Positions 12,601-23,400 of a stretch of 64,000 nt of DNA are shown piece by piece. A model generated the notes under the pieces. That model had not been told where the DNA came from. It saw nothing but the letters and a program-made list of their open reading frames with translations, and ran no database searches. A program made the position numbers and the translations under genes. Numbering within the stretch: the stretch's first letter is position 1; the number at the start of each line of letters is the position of its first letter. This DNA comes from Nemertoderma westbladi (Eukaryota > Animalia > Xenacoelomorpha), in assembly GCA_032718475.1 (NCBI GenBank), contig JAUCBJ010000476.1, positions 1 through 64,000 on the forward strand, read 5' to 3'.

Positions 12601-12737
12601 ATACGTGTAGATGTAAGAGGTGACTTACCAGACTGTGTGGATACATCAGATTCCGAAGCTGAATGAATTTCGTCGTCCATTTGAACACCTTTGTTGTCCA
12701 TATTTGTATCCAAATTAAATAAAGGTGTCGTCTTCAA
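9647..12737 (-). CDS. gag: BEL/Pao Gag with long low-complexity N-terminus; frameshift near 10476 and in-frame TAA at 9647-9649 before Pol
   Basis: LPRPEPTKFSGD...EKLQYLLQYTSGKP BEL Gag core is split across two frames; Cys/His knuckles CPCC..H...C, CFRC....H....C, C....C...H...LH. Confidence 0.85.
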
Positions 12738-12922
12738 AATTAAAGTCTAGCTACGGTAGTTAGAATCGCCTAAATAGACTGTAATACATACCAACTTGGC
12801 TACAAAAGCTTAGTAACGTGGTATAGTAAAGAATTACTAAGAAATAAAATAATTCATATACAATTTAATTTATTTATTTATAATTGTAAATTTCATAGAG
12901 TTTTATTTGAGTTTTCCCAAAC

Positions 12923-13613
12923 TGTAAGAGCGGTTTCTATGCTCTTGTGTATAAAACAATAAGATGATCTATGTGATTGTAATATGTTCAACTATAGTTG
13001 GATTTCACCCAGTTTACACGGTTACGTCCCATAAAGAAGAATAATTTGTTTATTTGATTGGGAATTAGGAGCATATTTATTATAGAAAATATATAAGATA
13101 ATAATATACGATTATAAGCGGTAAGGGATAATAAGATAACGGAAACATAAGAACATTAATACATAATAAGAGATCTAATAATATAAACGTAAAATATCGT
13201 AAGAGTCAAGAATACAATGTAATAAAGAGTGTTAATAGGGGGAGTTTCCGTTTGGGAAACTGCGGAATGAGACCGACTATATTGAAATGAGTAATGTTGA
13301 GCTCGGTAAGCTGTAGAAATACAGTGAAGTAATAATAGGGGTGACAGTGTGGTGGGCCTTGATTGGTTAATGGGTAATAAAAGGATTGTAGCGCAGTGGA
13401 GATACCTACCTAATATAGCTGAACAGAAGTGAAGGGAAGAATACAGCTGTTTATCTGTATAGGATAAACGGCTGTGAATCGGGGCAGCCAATAATGGTCG
13501 AATGAGTATGTTGGAGATGAGATAGATATTGGTTTGCAACAATAAGCTGGGAGAATGGGCGGTGATGTAATGATAATATATTTTTTATTGTTTGAGAGAG
13601 ACCCGCCACTACA
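12923..13613 (-). repeat. 5' LTR of BEL/Pao element
   Basis: Direct repeat of 3727..4417, followed on the minus strand by non-tRNA PBS GTTTGGGAAAACT. Confidence 0.95.
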
Positions 13614-14436
13614 ACAAATACACAAGCGAAATATTCCAGAACGTTGTTATTAAATATAATAAATGACCTACAGCGAACGATATTTCTTACAATCTTTAAA
13701 CTCATATATCTCAGTTGTTTCTCAACGAAATTCAGACATTGTTACATATTTGGAATCCTTGCAACGCAAGCTTTCTATTGATATAAATAAATCACGACTA
13801 ATGTGAAGAATGCCGGCTATAAGAAGGGTGTAATTTCGCAAAAAGACACTGTTTTAAAACGTTGTAATGTATGTCCCACAGTGAGAGTATACTTTGTACT
13901 CATACTGCCTCACTGCCTGTACGTGAACATTCGTAACATCTTAAACTTAGTTGAGTTACTTTTTATAGATATTATTATATAGTAGTAGTATATTATATAT
14001 TATATTTATACCAGTGCATCATTTCAAAGTCAGTATACCATTATTGCATCAATGGTATCAGTATACCATTGCAAAGGATAATAAATTTTATGTTATAACA
14101 GAAAATAATAATTATTATTTATGGTTAAGTGATGCCAACTCAATTTTTTATTATTGAAGTAAGAGTGGTGTCATTGACTCGCAATTTGAGGGCGTTAATT
14201 TATTTAAACGGTCGTCACCAGTTGCATAGCGTGACGGTACCAATTCTAGAATACATCAATACCATATTAATTTAATTGTGTATAAGCTAATACTAACCAA
14301 AATCAATTAGGTCCGATAGATATTAATTCATCATAAAAAGCAACGTACAAGTAGGATGACAGTGAAAAATTGTTATCTTTTAACTTTAGGTATGTAGCCC
14401 GACCGTTTACCCTAGCTTTACATGGGTTAGGGCATC

Positions 14437-17400
14437 ATGGGCGATGACTTAGTTAAAAGAGTCCTTTGGGATTTTCAGAGACGGATAGAAAATGGACACG
14501 CCGTGAGGCGTGCCCATGCCTCCAAGGATGTAAACACGTTGTGTCAGACCGAGCGACAGGACAAGCCCATAATATACCGCGGTGTCATTGTGGAAGGAGA
14601 AAGAGACAAAATGTTGGCTTTTCAGAAAGATAAAAAGTTATGCGATGTTACAATAACAGCTGAAAATGTTACTATTGCTGCACATCGCATTATTTTATGC
14701 ACGTTGAGGTAAGTCACAATGATATATAGAGCAAACGTTTGCTGTAATTATTTAGGCTACACTATTCCTTTCCTTACCACCACTTTCAAATGAACTTCGG
14801 CTTTTATTAAATAAGTTCTACGCGTACTAACCATGTCTGTGGAGGGTGAGGGATCAGGTTGTTTAGTTTACATGGAAACTGTTCCTTATTTCGAAGTGCT
14901 CTAGCTTTAACTATTTTCGTGGTACTATTAGCTAGTCGCTTTGTTTTCTCGGGCAGGAAACCCTCGGGTCTACGGCCCTCGGGTTTTCCTACAGTACACT
15001 CGAGTAAAGTAACTGGGAAAATACTTCAAAACTGTGTAATAAGTATTGTAATGGGATACCAATTATTTATTGATAAGATAACATGTGGTGGTTACATGTC
15101 AATGGGAGTGAGTGTACGACTTCTTATGTGACAATGGAGTCGAGGTGTGAAGCAAACGCAAGGCAATATAGAATACGCAGAGTGTAAGGCTAATTTACAT
15201 TTACATAAGTTGAATTTGCTGAGTAAATTTGGGTTCCAACTTGGTGTAGTGGTTGCATTGAATTCACATCTCCTGTAGGTCGTGGGTTCGATCCTCACAT
15301 GGACCAGGGCAGTTTTCGTTTCGGCACGATAATGCTTTAGAGGACCAGCCAGGACGCATCTCTGCCTTGCATCCTTAAGTGGTAGCTAAATGAGTACTGA
15401 GCGACCGAAGAAAATTTAAGGCTCCTCTCTCTCTCAGTTGTTACCTGTATAAGGCAGGGAGGGTGCCACACTAACTCCCAAGATCCGATACTCCCACTAT
15501 ACAACCATTGTATTTACCCCCCAACCACCATATACCAGGTTCCCATTACAGCTGGGTGAAGCTAGTTACTTAGACTTGACAGCTTAATAATAACTGCGCT
15601 GTTCCTTTTCTGGGGCTCGAACTTACAAGCTTCCGGTTGGAACACGTACGCTCTACTAACTATACCTGGACAACCTGCGCCTAATAATATAGCCTACATA
15701 GGTACAACGGTCAAAATGGATATGGAATCAAATTTTGAAATAATATTTGAAGACGCAGCCAATTTAATTTCCCTACTTTCTAAGAATGTTTCCCTTCTTC
15801 CTACCACATGAGAGCGACTACACTGCTCTTTAGTAGCGTTGTTTGCGGATACCCTCAACGAATTTATCCGACTTTACCAAAGGTAAAATCACCACAGTAA
15901 AGACATATTTGTTTTAAGAAATAATATAATTTTTTTATTTCCTGCAGCCCTTACTTTGAAGCAATGTTCACCAATGGCATGATAGAGACTCACTCTAAAA
16001 CGATAAACTTATTTGTAAAGGCGGAAGTCCTTCGCGTGATTGTAGACTACGCGTATACTCGTAAAATAAGGATTACGTGGGAGAATGTGGAAGACATCAT
16101 TGAAATAAGGTTAATCGTTGCTAAATATCCTATATATATATCATAATAATTATACTACTAGTGCGTTTTAAATTCATAATTAGGAGCCCGCTCAAAGAGC
16201 AGGGATAGTTACTGTCAGAAAAAATTGTCAGTGAGGGATACATAGCTATCCATATGTTATCTATCCACCATATTACCGGAATTGCAGTTTCGTACACTTC
16301 CTACCTAGCTTATTTTCATAATCGCGTTACAAAATTTCAGATCGATTCTATGTTTGGTATTCGATGTATTTCGTTTTTTTTTATGTTATTTTGTCGCGAA
16401 ATTAAATGTATATAGACATTCATTGGCTGCTGTGACAGAGGAATACATAGATAGCTGGCTTAGGGGCATTATTAGGCGGACCTGACCCATTTGAATGCAG
16501 CCCTATTAATTAATTAACGGCCCTGTGCTCATAATAATTCAATCAGCTGGCCTACCATATAACATAGCAGTGAGTAACATTATAGATATTCCTATAGGAT
16601 ACACTGGGAAGAGATATTCAGCTGACGGGGTAATACATTATAAACAGTTATATATTTATTATATATATTATATATATTATATTATTATTATATATATATA
16701 TTATTATTATAAGAAACAATATGGGTACAGTACAACCTGACTGGCGAAATATATATATAGAAACAATGTGATCCAGTCTCCTATCAAAAATGAAACCTAA
16801 CTACAAATAAACACTTTAATAACTGCACGAATAACTATCCTATATATTAGAAAATACAGGACATTTAGTCCGCCGAAAGGGGTAAGTCTACATACTAAAT
16901 TTGATAAAAATAAAGGGTTTCAGGATTTAAACACTGTACCCGGGGAAACACAGCTCCATCATCAGCAGTGTACTGTGAGTCCCTACCCTATCTAAAAACA
17001 GCACAGTACCAATTGACCAATATAATACAGGAAATGAAACCAAATACTGAAATAGAGAAATAAACAAATCAGACCGGTAGTAAATAGATGAAACCCAAAA
17101 ACTGATACCACTAAAGGCTAAATAAAATACATGAAACCAAAATAAGAATGAACCCAAATGAGAACAGTGACCAAAAAGTGAACTACTATATCTAACCTGC
17201 ATAACAAATAAATCCATAATGGCTGTATTGCACAGTCTAATAATAGATATGTTATATAATGGTATGAATACAGCAGTAAATAACAACCCCAAGACCATAC
17301 AGACACCCCCCCCCCCCCCCCCCAAACACTGATAGAATAATGATACCCAATAGTAACTCCCAGAACTAGAGTAACGGAAGCAACTAGCTTTCAATAGGCT

Positions 17401-20400
17401 ACAAGAGGCATACTGCACAAGAAATATATAAGAAACAATATGGGTACAGTACAACCTGACTGGCGAAATATATATATAGAAACAATGTGATCCAGTCTCC
17501 TATCAAAAATGAAACCTAACTACAAATAAACACTTTAATAACTGCACGAATAACTATCCTATATATTAGAAAATACAGGACATTTAGTCCGCCGAAAGGG
17601 GTAAGTCTACATACTAAATTTGATAAAAATAAAGGGTTTCAGGATTTAAACACTGTACCCGGGGAAACACAGCTCCATCATCAGCAGTGTACTGTGAGTC
17701 CCTACCCTATCTAAAAACAGCACAGTACCAATTGACCAATATAATACAGGAAATGAAACCAAATACTGAAATAGAGAAATAAACAAATCAGACCGGTAGT
17801 AAATAGATGAAACCCAAAAACTGATACCACTAAAGGCTAAATAAAATACATGAAACCAAAATAAGAATGAACCCAAATGAGAACAGTGACCAAAAAGTGA
17901 ACTACTATATCTAACCTGCATAACAAATAAATCCATAAAGGCTGTATTGCACAGTCTAATAATAGATATGTTATATAATGGTATGAATACAGCAGTAAAT
18001 AACAACCCCACCCCAAGACCATACAGACACCCCCCCCCCCCCCCAAACACTGATAGAATAATGATACCCAATAGTAACTCCCAGAACTAGAGTAACGGAA
18101 GCAACTAGCTTTCAATAGGCTACAAGAGGCATACTGCACAAGAGATATATAAGAAACAATATGGGTACAGTACAACCTGACTGGCGAAATATATATATAG
18201 AAACAATGTGATCCAGTCTCCTATCAAAAATGAAACCTAACTACAAATAAACACTTTAATAACTGCACGAATAACTATCCTATATATTAGAAAATACAGG
18301 ACATTTAGTCCGCCGAAAGGGGTAAGTCTACATACTAAATTTGATAAAAATAAAGGGTTTCAGGATTTAAACACTGTACCCGGGGAAACACAGCTCCATC
18401 ATCAGCAGTGTACTGTGAGTCCCTACCCTATCTAAAAACAGCACAGTACCAATTGACCAATATAATACAGGAAATGAAACCAAATACTGAAATAGAGAAA
18501 TAAACAAATCAGACCGGTAGTAAATAGATGAAACCCAAAAACTGATACCACTAAAGGCTAAATAAAATACATGAAACCAAAATAAGAATGAACCCAAATG
18601 AGAACAGTGACCAAAAAGTGAACTACTATATCTAACCTGCATAACAAATAAATCCATAATGGCTGTATTGCACAGTCTAATAATAGATATGTTATATAAT
18701 GGTATGAATACAGCAGTAAATAACAACCCCAAGACCATACAGACACCCCCCCCCCCCCCCCAAACACTGATAGAATAATGATACCCAATAGTAACTCCCA
18801 GAACTAGAGTAACGGAAGCAACTAGCTTTCAATAGGCTACAAGAGGCGTACTGCACAAGAAATATATAAGAAACAATATGGGTACAGTACAACCTGACTG
18901 GCGAAATATATATATAGAAACAATGTGATCCAGTCTCCTATCAAAAATGAAACCTAACTACAAATAAACACTTTAATAACTGCACGAATAACTATCCTAT
19001 ATATTAGAAAATACAGGACATTTAGTCCACCGAGAGGGGTAAGTCTACATACTAAATTTGATAAAAATAAAGGGTTTCAGGATTTAAACACTGTACCCGG
19101 GGAAACACAGCTCCATCATCAGCAGTGTACTGTGAGTCCCTACCCTATCTAAAAACAGCACAGGTCAACTGTGCTGTTTTTAGATAGGGTAGGGACTCAC
19201 AGTACACTGCTGATGATGGAGCTGTGTTTCCCCGGGTACAGTGTTTAAATCCTGAAACCCTTTATTTTTATCAAATTTAGTATGTAGACTTACCCCTTTC
19301 GGCGGACTAAATGTCCTGTATTTTCTAATATATAGGATAGTTATTCGTGCAGTTATTAAAGTGTTTATTTGTAGTTAGGTTTCATTTTTGATAGGAGACT
19401 GGATCACATTGTTTCTATATATTATTATATATCTATATATTATATAGTTATAATACGTTATAAAACATTATTTGATTACTGTCTGTAATAGTGTGAGTGA
19501 GTAAACACAACCTTAAATACTTTTCTGCAGTTTGGGCATATCCGCACCAGCTGGTATTTCTATCATTGAGTCTAATGCCATTCAATACTATATAAATAGT
19601 ATTGTAATAGCGCCTCCATCAATACTATATAAATTGAAATATAACTTGCCAATTAATATACTTCGCGATACGCATTGGCCTACACAGAAACACTTGTCAC
19701 CTGTCACGTTTCACCTTATATATACGCTGGCTTGGCTTAGTGATTTTCAACGGATATTCCAATATTGTGACTAAGCAATCGCAGTTAACCAATCGCATTA
19801 AACCAAGTTTGGGCAGCTGTTATTACTAGTAAATCTCATTAATATCAAGAATAAAGTTCAACAAATTGAAATTTTGTGCAAACATCGCAAATTTGGCGGT
19901 TGATATTGTTGAAGTCTTTTAAGTAAAAATTATAAGTTCCAATATATGACAAGTTTTCTACAACTAATTGTAGTTTAGTACTGGATGGACTGGAGCTGTT
20001 GCTGGTTCTTTAAAGTCAACATTTTGAATACTCTCACTTAGATTAGATATTTTAGATAGTAATTCAACAATGACAGATGGTCTTACCAAGTCATTCAACT
20101 CAACTGACTAGTGTATTCTAACGATGTGTAATTTCGCTGTTATTGTTGGTCAGCTACCAGATGATAATCAATATTGTATGTTTAATTCTCATGGTCGGAC
20201 AAATGAAGTATGGCATCTTTGACAATAGTACTGTACAATAAATGACAATATTGTGACTAAGCAATATCACCGTTAACCAATCGAAGTAAACCAAATTTGG
20301 GCAGCTGTTATTACCTTCACTGTCTTCTTTTTTTGTTAAAACACAAACAAGTGCACACTCTATAATTGCATAGGCAAATGAATTTATTTATGTGCAGTTT

Positions 20401-23400
20401 AAATCCTACCCGGTTTTTGCACTATACTTTGTTGTTATTTAGTATCTTGATGTCATTGCTCTCTTATTGTTTTAAATTACATTTTTAATTTCATCTTTCT
20501 GTGCCTGCTACCACGTTACGTACATTTTACCGAACTAGGTCGGGTATATATTAATATTTTTCGATAACAATATAAATATTCGGAAAACAGCGCTTTTTTC
20601 AATGTCATTTTTAGTTTAGTAATATTCGACTATTACAGTATTATCAGAGTGGTCGGTCGAGTTTTGCACGAGTTTATAACTTTTTAATACAGTAGCAATA
20701 AAGTAGCAATCAAGCATTAAAGTTGCGCGTGAGAATGGGAGAGGGAACCTGCAATATGTTGCCGCAGTGATAGTTGCAACTTTTTGAGGCGGACCTTGTC
20801 GCTACTTTTAAACTGATTCATTTACCAGATCTTTTCTGGTGTGTTGCGACCTTTTTGATTTTTTGTAATATTTAAATGTCAAGGTTTCAAATGTAAAATA
20901 TTAATTAAAAATTAATGAAATAGAAATGAATTGGATATAAATAGGTAAACTAATTCATCGACCGTTTTCATTTACGTACGCACGACGTCCTTTCGCACTA
21001 GATTGTATTAATTAACGGTAATTATTCATAGCTTCACATAACATAATAATAATTTATATTTTCAGTGATTACTTGAACATTGTTTCCCTCCTTGATCTTT
21101 GTACAGAGTTTCTATTGTCTGAAATATGCCCCGCCAATGTACTTGGTATATGGATGACGACTCACACATATTACTTAGAAAAGCTTCGTTCGAATTGCTT
21201 TAGGTACGTTGTCCATTTGATATTGCAATTATTTATTTTTTAGTTGTCAATTTTCCATTGCGATAATATTAATAATTTTGGATAATATTTGTAACGGTAT
21301 ATTTTTATCTTACAGGTTTATCCTCTATAATTTTCCCGAAATTGTTAGGGTCTCAAACGAATGGTGTTCTCTACCAGTAGTCCAGGTCTCACAGGTAAGA
21401 CGAGTTTAAGCTTCGTGTATTGTTAACATTATGTTTCATTGACTATAGGTTAGTTATATTATAGGAGGTTAGTAAAGGTCGCCTTGGTTTTACCACAACA
21501 ATTATTTGACTATATTATATCCTCTCACCTAATAACGTACGAAAATTTGAATTCGGTAAAGTGGATAATTTTCATTATATTTTGTCATTATATCTGCCAT
21601 TCGGTCTGACTGTCATTGGTTTCTTGATATCGTGTACTGACTGGTGGTTTCTTGATAGCAGTCAAGGCAACCACATCATATCATCCCTAATACACCATGA
21701 CCCGTAATAAGTCTATTTTTATGAAATATAATACAATGTGACTACTATTATTCTATTCACGGTCACGGTGTACATGTTGCATCGATAGAGTATTTATTAG
21801 ACTTATTCAAATCAGTGATGAATTGAGTGAGGATAGATTCTGTTTGCTTAGTCAGAACATGATGAGAACTATTGCAGCATTAGAACTATGTTATTTCACT
21901 AAAGGTGAAATTCTGTTCAACGCAGCGTAATTGCATCATTGCAATATAGACACATCGCCAAAAGGAATGCTTACCATTACTACACACAGTATCAATATCA
22001 ATATTGTGTTCCGAGCTGCAAAATTTAGTGGGTGTAGACACCTTCAAAACCAGTTCACATTTCATCCCTTTACGTTTCTGCGATTTCAAGGAAAGTATTT
22101 TCAAATTCAATTTTGGGAATCTACCTTTGTTCCTCATCACCTTATTGCGAGTTTCCATAAAGAATATAGGAGGGAGCTGGGCTGGGCTGGGCTTTAATAA
22201 ACTTGTAAATATATTGTTACAATATATGAAACTTATAAGCGGCTAATTATTCAAACATTTAATACGATAATTAATTATAATAATATAGTCTCAATACTTA
22301 TCAATATTCAGTATTAAAATTATAATCATAATTAGCTCTTGCTCTACCTCAATTATCGGTTATTAATTAACAATTTATAGTTACTGTTTCTCTATATTTG
22401 ATACAGATATTATGTCAGGATGAGCTAAATTGTTCTGCCGAAAAAACGGTTTTCGATGCAATCGTGAAATGGGTTAACGAAAATAAAGACACCAAGATTA
22501 ACCTCTTTGATATATTGAAACATTGTCGATTGGCTCTGTTTTCAGAAGTTTATATCATCAACAATGTAAACCCATTCGTAAGGTAAGTAACTAGAAATAA
22601 TCAATATTTAATAGATTTAAATAATTTACACAACTTGCAAATTTGAATCACTGTCATTCTTAGCTAACGGATACTAAAAATACGCGTTGCCATTAGTTGT
22701 GGAGCGAGCCACGAAGTGAGCGAAGCCTTAGCATATGGGTGCCATTGGCGAGTTGTCTGTCGTCGTCGTCGTCGTCTGTCGTCGTCGTCGTCTGTCGTCG
22801 TAAATTTTTGATCGCTAATAACTCGGTTATTCCTTGATGAAATTTAACGAAACTTGGTATGTATGTAGTCCGTCAAAAGTTTAGAAAGAATCTGAAGTTT
22901 CGTCAAAAACGAACGAACGCAACGAGGCACAAGAGGAGGACGAGTATTGTGTTGAAGACTTCTGACTAACGGCAGACAACTCGTTAATGGTGCCCATATG
23001 CTAAAGGCTTTGCTCACTTCGTGCTGCGCGAAGACGTGTAGTACTATGACCGGTACCAATCCGTGTCATGGGCAATTTGTATGAGATGAAGTATTGCTAC
23101 ATCCAGGGATTCCAATCAATTCTCAATAACATACAATAAAAAAAATGCGATCCTGAGACGTCTCGCAAAGGTCACTTGAAGATGCGGTTAATCTCGCGAA
23201 AGTCAAGGGTGATAAAGGCGTTGTGGCGGCGCAATTTTATTGAAGGCCGTCATAGCATTCTTATAAATGTATGCATTATAATAATGCAGGTTCAATACGG
23301 CATGCTGACAGAAGACCTACAATATAAAGTATAAATCGCCATTGTACTACACTGCCTGCATCCACTATGATGCCAGACTGCATCCACTAAAAGTTTTGAA

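Larger units (their letters stand above)
3727..13613 (-). mobile_element. Full-length BEL/Pao LTR retrotransposon (about 9.9 kb)
   Basis: 691-bp TG...CA LTRs at 3727..4417 and 12923..13613; 5-bp TSD ACAAA (3722-3726 and 13614-13618); purine tract next to the 3' LTR; BEL-type Gag-PR-RT-RH-IN. Confidence 0.96.
16708..19422 (-). mobile_element. Penelope-like (pLTR/retrozyme-type) array: about 3.4 tandem units of 717-721 bp plus an inverted ~254-bp copy
   Basis: Near-identical units (offsets 719, 721, 717); inverted arm 19169..19422; TA-rich microsatellite on both sides; hammerhead core in every unit; no convincing ORF. Confidence 0.75.

Noticed and set aside
15242-15300. tRNA gene
   Set aside because: A and B boxes are present but there is no complete cloverleaf, and it runs into a SINE core. 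The same applies to fragments near 46830 and 47230.
16927-18892. Repeated hydrophobic ORFs that look like a membrane protein or env gene
   Set aside because: They arise from the T-rich strand of the ~720-bp repeat, and the frame changes with poly-G length between units.
21850-22170. Possible hAT transposase remnant
   Set aside because: Only a weak HSSNAA-like motif among many stops; not supportable by eye.
23170-23215. Hammerhead-like TTGAAGA-TGCG...CGC-GAAA motif
   Set aside because: The core deviates (UUGA) and I could not build convincing stems I and III; at most a decayed Penelope remnant.
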